From NCBI GenBank assembly GCA_035632115.1, contig DASQHL010000156.1, positions 694 through 64,693 of the forward strand: a stretch of DNA of 64,000 bases, written 5' to 3'. The notes below the pieces were generated by a model. That model had not been told where the DNA came from, did not search any database, and saw nothing but the letters and a program-made list of their open reading frames with translations. Of this stretch, positions 36,492 through 46,071 are shown piece after piece (positions within the stretch are counted from its first letter, which is position 1; the number at the start of each line of letters is the position of its first letter). Origin of the DNA: Dehalococcoidia bacterium. Its GTDB lineage: Bacteria; Chloroflexota; Dehalococcoidia; DSTF01; JACRBR01. The position numbers and the translations under genes were made by a program.

Positions 36492-37409
36492 GTGACCGCA
36501 ACAAATGAAATCCTGCGGACTGAAGGGCTCTGGAAGCGGTACGGCGACATCACGGCAGTCGCGGACATGAACCTGCGGGTGTACCCCGGCGAGGTGTTCA
36601 GCTTCCTGGGTCCAAACGGCGCGGGAAAGAGCACGACCGTCGGGATGATCCTCGGGCTGGTGCGGCCGACGAAGGGCCGCGCGTTGGCGTTCGGCGTGGA
36701 CATCGCACTGCATCCGTGGCCGGTCCTGAAACGGATCGGAGCCGTGATAGAGACGCCGGCGTTCTACCCCTACCTCTCGGGGCGGGACAACCTGGAGACG
36801 CTGGCGATCACGCTGGGCGATATCCCCAAGGGTCGCGTGGACGAGATGTTGGAGCTGGTGGGTTTGCGGGAGCGTGGCGGCGACCCGTACAAGAACTACT
36901 CGCTGGGGATGAAGCAGCGGCTCGGGATTGCTTCCACGCTGCTCCGAAACCCGGACCTGATCATCCTGGATGAACCGACAAACGGCCTGGACCCGGCAGG
37001 CACGCGGGAGATCCGAGAGCTGATCCCGCGCCTGGCGCGGCAGGGGCATGCGGTATTCCTCTGCAGCCACCTGCTCCACGAGGTGCAAGCCGTCAGCGAT
37101 CGGGTGGCGATCGTAAAGCGCGGGCGGCTGGTCCAGGAGGGCACAGTGGACGAGCTGCTGTCACGCGGGGAGCACCTGCGGCTTCGCGCGGAGGACGACG
37201 GTGCCCTGACGCGTGCGCTCGGCGGCATCCCGTGGGTGACCGGCGTGGAGCGTCAGGACGGCTGCATTCGCGCGGCCGCGCCGGTGGCACGGTCGGCCGA
37301 ATTGACGCGCGTGCTGGCGGCGCAGGGTGTGTACCTGGCTGAGATCACGCCGTGGGAGACGGAGCTTGAGGATGTATTCCTGGAGCTGACCGGCGAGGAG
37401 GCAAGCTGA
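36492..37409 (+). CDS. ABC transporter ATP-binding protein (ABC-2/DrrA-like)
   Basis: GTG start with a ggaggagg SD. Walker A GPNGAGKSTTVGM and signature YSLGMKQRLGIASTL. Confidence 0.85.
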   Translation: MTATNEILRTEGLWKRYGDITAVADMNLRVYPGEVFSFLGPNGAGKSTTVGMILGLVRPTKGRALAFGVDIALHPWPVLKRIGAVIETPAFYPYLSGRDNLETLAITLGDIPKGRVDEMLELVGLRERGGDPYKNYSLGMKQRLGIASTLLRNPDLIILDEPTNGLDPAGTREIRELIPRLARQGHAVFLCSHLLHEVQAVSDRVAIVKRGRLVQEGTVDELLSRGEHLRLRAEDDGALTRALGGIPWVTGVERQDGCIRAAAPVARSAELTRVLAAQGVYLAEITPWETELEDVFLELTGEEAS

Positions 37410-38275
37410 TGGACCGGCTGATCGCCGCGGAGTTCTTCAAGCTCCGGAAGAGGATGATGACCTGGGTCGTCCTGCTGATCGCCGTGGGGCTGGTGGTGCT
37501 GTTGTATACGGTGCTCTGGAGCACCAGCGTGCGGGTGGCACATTTTGGCGAGGGGAACCAGTACACAGGCATCGACCTCCGGCGGGCGCTGTTTCTCCCG
37601 GGCGCCGTGCCGTACGGGTTGCAGGTAGTCGGCACGTTCGGCGCGATCCTGGCGATGATCCTGGCGGCTGGATCGATCGGCAGTGAGTACGCGTGGGGGA
37701 CGGTGCGGCTGATGGCGACGGCGGCGAGTGGCCGCGTGCGGCTTCTCTCCGCCAAGCTCCTGGTTGTCTGTGGCTTGACGGCGGTAGGAACGCTCATCGT
37801 CGTCCTCGCGGCGCTAGCTTACAGCCTTGTTATCGCCCTGTACTACGGCGGCGCGAGCACAAGTTTTCTCAGCGCGACGTTCGTCCGTGATCAACTCGAG
37901 GCGTACGGGCGCACGCTGCTCGTGCTGGCGCCGTACGTGACGCTGGCATTCTCCGTAGCGGTCATCGGGCGATCGACGCTCGCGGGGGTCGGCACTGGCA
38001 TGGGCGTGGCGTTCGCGGAGCCATTGATCGACGGGTTGTTGCGGACGGCCGGCAGCCCGTGGAAGAACGTCCCAAACTACCTGCTGAATGCCAACAGGCA
38101 GATCGTCCTCCTGCAAAACAAGGTGCCGGCCGTATTGCCGCGGCTGGGCGGCCGGGGAGATGTGACATCGCTCTCGCCACCGATGGCGGGACTGTTGCTG
38201 GCCGGCTACGCGGTGGCGTTCATCGCGCTGGCACTGATCGTGTTCCGGCGCCGGGATATCGGCTCGGGGCAATAG
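37409..38275 (+). CDS. ABC-2 family permease
   Basis: 6-TM protein translationally coupled to the ATPase. Confidence 0.75.
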   Translation: MDRLIAAEFFKLRKRMMTWVVLLIAVGLVVLLYTVLWSTSVRVAHFGEGNQYTGIDLRRALFLPGAVPYGLQVVGTFGAILAMILAAGSIGSEYAWGTVRLMATAASGRVRLLSAKLLVVCGLTAVGTLIVVLAALAYSLVIALYYGGASTSFLSATFVRDQLEAYGRTLLVLAPYVTLAFSVAVIGRSTLAGVGTGMGVAFAEPLIDGLLRTAGSPWKNVPNYLLNANRQIVLLQNKVPAVLPRLGGRGDVTSLSPPMAGLLLAGYAVAFIALALIVFRRRDIGSGQ

Positions 38276-38305
38276 GGCACCGAGCCCAAGGCAGGGGGAG
38301 CCTGA

Positions 38306-38821
38306 TTGCCGACGACGATCTTCGGACTGCCGAGCCATCCGCTCGTGGTGCACGTGGCAGTGGTGCTGGTGCCACTGGCAGCCCTGTCACTGATCGGGGT
38401 TGGCTGGAACGCGAGATGGCGACGGCGGTTCTACCTGCCGATCATGCTCGTCTCGCTCGGCGGCGCGGCAGGCAGCTTTCTGGCGAAGCAGTCCGGGAGC
38501 GCACTGCGCCGCGCGTTGCGAGACGCAGGCAAACAGGTCGGCAGCCACCCGCAGCAAGGGAACATCGCGCTCGTGGCGTCCGGTCTGCTGGCGATGGCGT
38601 GCGTCGCCCTCTATGTGTACGAGGAGCACGGGGAACGTCTGCGGGCGCAGTTCGGAATCACTGACCGATTCCGGCTGCCATTTGACGAGAACATGACCCT
38701 GTACGCGCTGGCCATACCGGTGGCGTTGCTGGCGCTGGTGACGATGGTGCTCGCGGGACATTCAGGGGCGACGCTGGTGTGGAAGACAGCCGGCAGCATC
38801 ACGCCGACGCCGACACCGTAG
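38306..38821 (+). CDS. Hypothetical 4-TM membrane protein
   Basis: Hydrophobic segments with a sustained ORF. No family recognised. Confidence 0.45.
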   Translation: MPTTIFGLPSHPLVVHVAVVLVPLAALSLIGVGWNARWRRRFYLPIMLVSLGGAAGSFLAKQSGSALRRALRDAGKQVGSHPQQGNIALVASGLLAMACVALYVYEEHGERLRAQFGITDRFRLPFDENMTLYALAIPVALLALVTMVLAGHSGATLVWKTAGSITPTPTP

Positions 38822-38948
38822 CTCGACCGGCCCCGATGTGGCGGCGGGCAGTCTCATGCGGCGGGAGGCTGCAGGCATCGAAATACCTGCCCCACGGCGG
38901 AGCACTACTGTGCGCGAGGGAACTTGACAAATCATGATTCATTGGTAC

Positions 38949-38977
38949 TTGACAATATGCGGCTCCGGAGTACGATA
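38949..38977 (+). promoter_or_regulatory. Sigma70-like promoter candidate (TTGACA-16nt-TACGAT) in a low-GC intergenic patch; a second TTGACA lies 25 nt upstream
   Basis: An E. coli-type consensus match only. It lies about 430 nt upstream of the next gene. Confidence 0.3.
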
Positions 38978-39405
38978 TCTGTGTCTCGCGAACCCAGGTT
39001 CCTGGCCAACCGGGTGATGCCAGCCTGATCTTCTCCACGGCAGCGAACGGCTGCATCGCCCATTGTCATCGGTTTCATCGGAGCTCCGCTGCGGCATGGG
39101 TCGGTGCGGCGGCGCGCCTTGGCGCGTCGTTGCCATGGCGGCATGGGCTCGGTGAACAGCACGCCGGAACGAGTGTGAGAACAGAAAGGAGACGGCCTAT
39201 TCAACATATGACAAGTGAGACGTGAGCCCTGACGGAGGTGACCCGTCAGGGCCCAGAAGACGAAGGCTGGCCGAAGCCCAACCTACGCCGCACGTTCATT
39301 TTGCCACGGTTGGACAGCCTCGGCCAGCGATTGGCGAGCGTCTTGACGCCTACCGGCGTCGAGGCAGGCACCCTTCGGTCAGACGAAGGGACGAGGAGAC
39401 CAACC

Positions 39406-40749
39406 GTGCAACGACAAACGCATCGCAGCCTGATGGCATTGGGCGTACTCGCCGCGATCGCCCTGGTGGCGGTACTGAGCACGCGCAGCGCCCGGGCGGA
39501 CACCGTACCCACCAACGGTGTCATCAGCACCAGTGGGACCGGCCCGGTGATTGAGTGCAAGTGGGAGCTCCCCGACATGAATTCGTCGGTAGTGGGCATC
39601 CAGTACACCAAGGCTCCGGGACACCTGCATGACGACGACATGGCGACGGTGCCCGACGCGGATCCGGTGGCGCCCGGCATCCAGGTACCGTGTCACGGTC
39701 CCGGCGACACGCCGGCGACCAAGCCGACGCAGTCCAACAATGTCCACAGGATGATCCAGGTTGCGCCGAACTTCGAGAACCTGCCTGAGCAGCGCCAAAT
39801 CCAGAACTGGATCGCGGTGGACAACCCGGGCACCGTCAGCAGCGTCTTCTGGGAGGTGTTCGAGCCGTGCGCGGTGACGACACCCCCGACGGTGCCGGCC
39901 TGCGACCCGACGACGCTCCGCAAGTTCAAGCTGCAGGTGCACGGCACCAAGCTCACGGTCGCGGAGTGCAACGCGCTGATCGGTACGAGCACAACCGACG
40001 GCACAATGACCGAGGCGGCAATCCACACGGGGCAGGTGACGAAGGACTCGTTCGACGACGTGAACAAGGGGATGATCGCGCTCTGTAACCAGAGCGTGAA
40101 GGGTCTCTACCACGCCGAGTGGCCGCTCAGTAAGGATCAGCCCTGCGGAGAGTACGAGATCCGCGCGACCGCGGTCTCGATTGGCGGGGCGACGACGACG
40201 CTCACGAACTACATCGACATCCTCTGCACGTTCATGCTGAAGATCGACTTTGCCGGCGATCCACTGGGGACACCGCCCTGCGCCGGCGGCATCAACTTCC
40301 CGCCGCTGGTGCCGGGCAGCTCCAGCACGGTCGGCGGTGACTTGCTCTTCGCACCGCCATGCGACAGCCATCCGACGGTGAAGAACGTCGGCAACGACGG
40401 CATGGGGCTGAAGCTCAGCTTCAGCGACATGGTGGGCACGCTGTTCGGGAAGCACATCTACGAGTTCGACGCCTGCTACGGGCGCGCGCCGGACGCGACG
40501 TTGAAGTGCTTCCCCTCGATCATCAACCAGCCGGCGCAGACAACGCCGACGTCGCCCGTTATCTCGACGGAGGTGGACTTCGGAACGCTGCCGATGCAGG
40601 TGCTGTGTGCCAATGAGGTCGGCAAGCTCGACCCATCGGTGCATCCACAGGTCGGCCTCCCGGCCGACACGTACACCGGCACGGCGACGCTCGTCGGCTA
40701 CGCGGTATCGACGCCGCGCGAGTGTTACGGATCGGTGCACAAGCCGTAG
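39406..40749 (+). CDS. Secreted cysteine-rich protein (about 15 Cys), unknown function
   Basis: GTG start with SD gaggaga, ATG alternative at 39433. Signal peptide MALGVLAAIALVAVLSTRSARA|DT. No family recognised. Confidence 0.55.
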   Translation: MQRQTHRSLMALGVLAAIALVAVLSTRSARADTVPTNGVISTSGTGPVIECKWELPDMNSSVVGIQYTKAPGHLHDDDMATVPDADPVAPGIQVPCHGPGDTPATKPTQSNNVHRMIQVAPNFENLPEQRQIQNWIAVDNPGTVSSVFWEVFEPCAVTTPPTVPACDPTTLRKFKLQVHGTKLTVAECNALIGTSTTDGTMTEAAIHTGQVTKDSFDDVNKGMIALCNQSVKGLYHAEWPLSKDQPCGEYEIRATAVSIGGATTTLTNYIDILCTFMLKIDFAGDPLGTPPCAGGINFPPLVPGSSSTVGGDLLFAPPCDSHPTVKNVGNDGMGLKLSFSDMVGTLFGKHIYEFDACYGRAPDATLKCFPSIINQPAQTTPTSPVISTEVDFGTLPMQVLCANEVGKLDPSVHPQVGLPADTYTGTATLVGYAVSTPRECYGSVHKP

Positions 40750-40851
40750 CGATCGGGAGCCCGGCCGCAGCACCGGGCGAGGAATGACGCCGGGGGGCGG
40801 GAGGCCGTGCCTCCCGCCCCCGGCGCGGACACGGCGATCCGGGAGGCGACG

Positions 40852-42243
40852 ATGCAGATGACAACGGCGATTCGGCGACGGATGCGGCGGGGCCGCACGG
40901 TCACACGTGCAGCGATCGTCGCTTCGGTGATGCTAGGCACCATCGCGTGCAGCGGCGGTGCGAGGCGCGCACCACTGGCGCCGACACCCTCGAGCGCACC
41001 GACTGTCGCGGCGACGAGCACGCCGGTATACGGCAGCCCAATCGCACCACCTCCCTCGCCGCTCCCAGTCGAGCGCGGCACGGCCGACGCGTCGGACGGC
41101 ATTGGCATCTATCCGACGCTGCTGAGCTTCCCGGACACGCTCCGCGGGCGTGACTACTACGGTACGGTGGGCGTCATCAACGGGGGCCCGCACGACCGCA
41201 CCTATCGATTCGAGACGGAGGGAGATGCGGCGGCATGGCTCAGCTTCGTGACGACCAGCGACCGTGGCGCCACGTTACGGGAGATCAGCGTCCCGGCGCA
41301 CGGCAGCGTGCAGGTCATGGTACGAGCCGACGTCCCGGCAACGGTGCCCAACGGACAGTACACGGGGCTGGTCCGCGTGATCACGACGGGCGCAACGAAC
41401 GCGGGTAGCTCCACCCGGCCGGGAGTAGGCGTCAATCTCGGTGGAGAGGTGAGCGTCGCGCTAGCAGTCACGGGCACAGAGCGGGTCGAGGGCCAGTTCA
41501 TCAGCGCGAGCGCCTCGGACGTCGAATCTGGCTACCCGCTGCGTATCCAGTCGTCCCTGGTCAACACGGGCAACGTGCAGGTCAATCCGACCTTCGACAT
41601 CGCGTTCAACGGGTTCTACGGCAACCCCGTGGACCACCTGGTCACCTCGGATCAAACACTGACGCCGAACGAGCACAAGCAGCTGATCATCGAGTGGCCC
41701 ACGAGCGGCAAGCCGCTGGGGTTGCTGGTCGCGCGGATACGGGTGGCGTACGGGTCGCTTGACCTTGGGACGAAGGAGGTGCGCTTCAACATCGTCCCTC
41801 CCGGGACGTTCACGCGGAGGGCGGAGCTCGCGAGTGTGCGGCTGGTGAACCGGCCGCAGCCGGGCGAACTGGCGAAGATCACCGCGTTGTTCAAGAACAC
41901 GGGGCAGATCCAGACGACCGGCAAGTTTATCGGTGAACTGTACGTGGGAGACCGGCTGATCGAGTCGCTGCAGAGTCCGGAGCAGCTGCTGTTGCCCGGA
42001 GGATCAGGTGACCTGGAGGTCCTGGCGCACGTAGTGGACAAGGGTACGTACACCGTCAAAGGCAAGATCAATTACGAGGGGCGGGAGACCGACGTGCAAC
42101 AAGTCTCGTTCAAGGTCGGCTCGGGCGGTGGGATACCGGGGTGGATCGTGTTCGTCGCCTCCGGCGTAACCGCGGCGGTCATCGCGGGTGGCGGCCTGTG
42201 GTTTGCGAGGCGGAGGTTTCGACCGCGGCGTAGCGCGTGGTGA
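40852..42243 (+). CDS. Lipoprotein with repeated beta-rich extracellular domains and C-terminal TM anchor
   Basis: Lipobox MLGTIAC|SGG. C-terminal IPGWIVFVASGVTAAVIAGGGLWFARRRFRPRR. Confidence 0.55.
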   Translation: MQMTTAIRRRMRRGRTVTRAAIVASVMLGTIACSGGARRAPLAPTPSSAPTVAATSTPVYGSPIAPPPSPLPVERGTADASDGIGIYPTLLSFPDTLRGRDYYGTVGVINGGPHDRTYRFETEGDAAAWLSFVTTSDRGATLREISVPAHGSVQVMVRADVPATVPNGQYTGLVRVITTGATNAGSSTRPGVGVNLGGEVSVALAVTGTERVEGQFISASASDVESGYPLRIQSSLVNTGNVQVNPTFDIAFNGFYGNPVDHLVTSDQTLTPNEHKQLIIEWPTSGKPLGLLVARIRVAYGSLDLGTKEVRFNIVPPGTFTRRAELASVRLVNRPQPGELAKITALFKNTGQIQTTGKFIGELYVGDRLIESLQSPEQLLLPGGSGDLEVLAHVVDKGTYTVKGKINYEGRETDVQQVSFKVGSGGGIPGWIVFVASGVTAAVIAGGGLWFARRRFRPRRSAW

Positions 42244-42372
42244 GCCATCGCCGGCAGGGGGCGTTGTCTCCAGCGCGGCTACGGTGAGCCGGGCCGGGTA
42301 GCGGGTCCGTGGTACGATCGCGGCACCGGCTGCCTACGACGGCGGCCACGGGGTCATATCGGAGACCGCGCC

Positions 42373-43152
42373 GTGACTGCCGCATTCGACCTGAGCCGCT
42401 TCCACGCATTGCTCGAGACACGGACGTTCGGCCGCAATCTCATCTTCGAGCCGTCCGTAGGATCCACAATGGACGTCGCCCGAGACTCCGCGCGCCGGGG
42501 CGCTCCGGCGGGCACGCTGGTGGTTGCCGATGAGCAGACTGCGGGGCGCGGCCGACTGGGGCGGTCGTGGGTGACGCCACCCGGCAGCAATCTCGCATCC
42601 ACGCTCGTCCTCCGGCCCCGAGCTTCGCTGCTCCGCGAGGTTGCGATGATGGCGCCGCTGGCGATCTGCCACGCGGTGCAAGACATGGCGGGAATCAGGC
42701 CGGCGATCAAGTGGCCGAACGACGTGATCATCGGCGAGAAGAAGGTCGCGGGCGTGCTGATCGAATCCGATCTGGATGGCCCGGAGGCGCCGTGGGTGTT
42801 GGTCGGGGCGGGGATCAACGTGAATTTCGACCCGCGGGAATACGAGGAGATCCGGGAGATCGCGACGAGCCTGCGCGTCGAGACGGGGCATGAAGGTGAC
42901 CGCGAGGCGCTGCTCGCGTCGTACGTGCACGACTTTGAGCGGTTGTACCGCGCGGCGGAGGAGGGAGAATCGCCGTTCGAGAACTGGCGCGAGCGCCTGG
43001 CGACCGTGGGGCGGCACGTGCGTGCCCAATGGGGCGGCGGTGCCGCGGAGGGTGTGGCGGAGGACGTGACGGAGGACGGGGCGCTCGTGGTGCGGACGGC
43101 GGACGGCGAGGCGATCATTGTGGAAGCGGGCGACGTGACGCTCCGGGCCTGA
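42373..43152 (+). CDS. birA: Biotin--[acetyl-CoA-carboxylase] ligase (catalytic domain only, no HTH)
   Basis: GRGRLGRSW and KWPNDV motifs. Confidence 0.85.
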   Translation: MTAAFDLSRFHALLETRTFGRNLIFEPSVGSTMDVARDSARRGAPAGTLVVADEQTAGRGRLGRSWVTPPGSNLASTLVLRPRASLLREVAMMAPLAICHAVQDMAGIRPAIKWPNDVIIGEKKVAGVLIESDLDGPEAPWVLVGAGINVNFDPREYEEIREIATSLRVETGHEGDREALLASYVHDFERLYRAAEEGESPFENWRERLATVGRHVRAQWGGGAAEGVAEDVTEDGALVVRTADGEAIIVEAGDVTLRA

Positions 43153-43354
43153 TGGGGCGGCACCGTTTGCGACGCACGGCGAGGGTCTGCTACCTTCGAA
43201 ACGCGGGGCCAGATCGGACGTCCGGGACCGCATCGGCGCGCTCAATGGCGCATCGGCTCAGGCCGACGGAGATACCGAGTGCCGCAGCAGGATACGCATC
43301 ACCACCGGGTGTTGGCCTCGGGGTGGGATCGGACCGAGGAAGGAGCGGGCGGCG

Positions 43355-43570
43355 ATGGCAAAGGGGCAGATTCAGCGCTTAGTGCGCGACCGCGGATTTG
43401 GCTTCATCCGGCCAGAGGGCGCTTCAGATGACATCTTCTTCCACACATCGGCGCTCCAGGGCGTGATCTTCGATCAACTCAACGAGGGGCAGACGGTCGA
43501 GTTCGACCGCGAGGCCGACCCGCGCGACCCGAAGCGGAGCCGGGCGGTGAACATCCGCATCGTCGCCTGA
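43355..43570 (+). CDS. csp: Cold-shock protein (CspA family)
   Basis: RNP1-like GFGFI and RNP2-like FFH motifs. Long 5' UTR. Confidence 0.9.
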   Translation: MAKGQIQRLVRDRGFGFIRPEGASDDIFFHTSALQGVIFDQLNEGQTVEFDREADPRDPKRSRAVNIRIVA

Positions 43571-43598
43571 CGACGGGGCGGGCAGATCCGACAGCGCG

Positions 43599-44870
43599 TC
43601 AGATCTGGCGCAGGCGCCGGCTCGTGATGCCGATGATCAGCACGATGATCGCCGCGAGGCCGGTGAAGCACGCGACGGTGATCTGCGGGCCGAAGACATC
43701 GATCAGCGCGCCCATCGCCAGCGCGCTGAACGGTGTGACGCCGCCGACCATGACGTAGAGCGACATCACACGGCCGCGGTAGTTGTTATCGACGATGAGC
43801 TGGATCATCACCTGGTTGAACATCAAGTAGGTGGAGTTGGCGATGCCGGCGATCACGAGGAAGGCGAAGGACAGGGCGTAGACGTTCGACACGGCGAACG
43901 CGGTGACAAGCGCCATGTAGATGAAGGTGGTCCAGACGAGGATCTGGCCGCGCTTCTTCAAGCCGGTGAGATTCGCGGCAAGCAATGCCCCGATGATCGA
44001 ACCGTAGCCGACGGCGGAGGCGAGAAAGCCGAAGCCGACGGAGCCGACATGCAGTACGTCCTTCGCGAAGACGGGGACGAACTGCACGTACGGATAGACG
44101 AGGAGGCTGGGCAAGCCGGCCATGAGGATCAACAGGCGCACGTCGGGGTGCGAGCGGGCGTAGGCGACACCGTCCGCCGTGCTCCGGAACACGGAGACGG
44201 CCTGGCGGTGCGTGGGCGTGCCGGCGGCGCGGATGCGCGACGTGGCGAGGACGGAGGCGACATAGGCGGCGGCCTGCACGAGGAAGGCCGCCTGCACACC
44301 GAAGACGCCGATCAGTCCGCCGCCTATGGCAGGGCCAGCGATGCGCATCGTGTTGCCGCCAAGCGAACTGACGGCGATGGCGTTCGGGAGGTCTTCGGCG
44401 CCGACGACGTCGTAGATCATGACCTGGCGCGCGGGCTGGTTGATGCTCTCGGCGAACCCGTCGAGCGTGGCGGTGAGGTAGAGCACCCAGACGCTGATGG
44501 TGCCCGTCATGATGAGGACGGCGAGCGTGACGGCCGTCGTCGCGCCCAGACTCGTCATCACCATCAGCACACGACGGCGGCTGAAGCGGTCGCTGATGGT
44601 CCCCGCGAACGGCGACACGACGATCGAGGTGACGCCGCGAGTGAAGCCGACCGCGCCAACCTGAAAGGGAGAATTGGTGAGGTTGAAAATCAGCCAGCCC
44701 TGGGCGACGAACTGAACCCACTGGCCGAGCATGGTGCCGACGGTGCCGGCCCAGAGCGCGCGGAAATCGGGGTACCTGGCGAGCGAGTAGAAGGTACGGG
44801 AGCCAACGCCGAGCAGGCCGCGCGGGGGATTCGGCGCGGTGGCGGGCGGACCCGGGATGGGTGTCGACAC
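43599..44870 (-). CDS. MFS transporter
   Basis: 12 TM with MFS loop motifs (GTISDRFSRRRVLM). Confidence 0.8.
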   Translation of the reverse strand: MSTPIPGPPATAPNPPRGLLGVGSRTFYSLARYPDFRALWAGTVGTMLGQWVQFVAQGWLIFNLTNSPFQVGAVGFTRGVTSIVVSPFAGTISDRFSRRRVLMVMTSLGATTAVTLAVLIMTGTISVWVLYLTATLDGFAESINQPARQVMIYDVVGAEDLPNAIAVSSLGGNTMRIAGPAIGGGLIGVFGVQAAFLVQAAAYVASVLATSRIRAAGTPTHRQAVSVFRSTADGVAYARSHPDVRLLILMAGLPSLLVYPYVQFVPVFAKDVLHVGSVGFGFLASAVGYGSIIGALLAANLTGLKKRGQILVWTTFIYMALVTAFAVSNVYALSFAFLVIAGIANSTYLMFNQVMIQLIVDNNYRGRVMSLYVMVGGVTPFSALAMGALIDVFGPQITVACFTGLAAIIVLIIGITSRRLRQI

Positions 44871-44979
44871 GTTGAGCCTATCGGTGCTGCGGACTGGGGA
44901 TGCGACATCGTAGCGAACGCTCCCGCGTGAGTGAAGGCGTGCGCCGGGTCATTGTTGCGTCGGATCAGCACGCGGCGTC

Positions 44980-45840
44980 TCACTCCCCGTGGGGGCGCGG
45001 GCGTTCGCCGTAATCGCCGAACGGCGCGTCGCGGCGACGGACGGCTTCGCGGAAGCCTTCGCGCATGGCGAGGTCGCGCCATGCGACGCCCTCGGGCGTG
45101 TGGCGGGCGATACCGTCGAACACGGTGCCGAGGATCTGCGTCGTACGGAGGCCCATGTTCTCGTACGCCTGGTTGACGAGCAGCTTGCTCATGACGAGTT
45201 GATTGAGCGGGATGGTGGCGAGCTTGCGCGCCACCGCGTCCACCTCCGCGGCGAGCCCGTCCGCGGGCACCGCGCGCGAGGCCAGGCCGAGGCGCTCGGC
45301 CTCGACGCCGCTCAGCGACTCGCCCGTGAGCATGAGGCGCTTCGCGTGTTCGAGCCCGAGGCGGTAGACCCACATCATCGTCGTCGGCTCGCCCCAGACG
45401 CGCGCTGGCGGGTAGCCGATGGAGGCGTCTTCGGCCATGAAGATGAGGTCGCTGCAGAGCGCCAGGTCGGTGCCGCCGCCGACGCACCAGCCATGTACCT
45501 GGGCGATAACGGGCTTGGGGCTCTCCCAGAGCGCCATGTAGGCGCTGACGTTGCGGGACATGCCGATGTAGTCGCGCACGGGGTCCCACTGGCCGGCCAT
45601 GGCACGCTGGGCAGCGTCCTCTGCCTTCGTGCCCCAGTCGAGGTCGTAGCCGGCGCAGAAGGCCCTGCCGGCGCCACTGAGCACGATCACACGGACGGAG
45701 TCGTCCTCGTTGGAGGCGGCGATGGCAGCGCGAAGGTCGACAACGAGCTGACGATTGATGGCATTGAGGCGGGCCGGCCGATTGAGCACGATGCGGGCGA
45801 TGGGACCGTCAGTTCGGTAGTCGATGGTGTCGAATTGCAA
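44980..45840 (-). CDS. Enoyl-CoA hydratase/isomerase (crotonase family)
   Basis: RPARLNAIN and AFCAGYDL motifs. Confidence 0.85.
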   Translation of the reverse strand: MQFDTIDYRTDGPIARIVLNRPARLNAINRQLVVDLRAAIAASNEDDSVRVIVLSGAGRAFCAGYDLDWGTKAEDAAQRAMAGQWDPVRDYIGMSRNVSAYMALWESPKPVIAQVHGWCVGGGTDLALCSDLIFMAEDASIGYPPARVWGEPTTMMWVYRLGLEHAKRLMLTGESLSGVEAERLGLASRAVPADGLAAEVDAVARKLATIPLNQLVMSKLLVNQAYENMGLRTTQILGTVFDGIARHTPEGVAWRDLAMREGFREAVRRRDAPFGDYGERPRPHGE

Positions 45841-46071
45841 GGTGAGCCCTCTTATGGCAAGTCAGTCGGAACAGGTTCGCGAGGGCGTACGGCGGCGGGC
45901 CGGCGAATCCGCGCGGGTTCCCCGATTTGCCAGGGGGGACTCTCGCGCCGTACACTCTTTACATAGAGACACAGATCTTCAGTACACGTCCGCTGCGATT
46001 GCACCCCCTTCACACGGTTCTGACATTCGCACTGGTCGTCGAGAAGAGTTCTTCTGACGAAAGGTACCCGT

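Noticed and set aside
39379-40773. 464-aa minus-strand ORF
   Set aside because: Antisense to the signal-peptide-bearing Cys-rich protein gene. Arg/His-rich noise.
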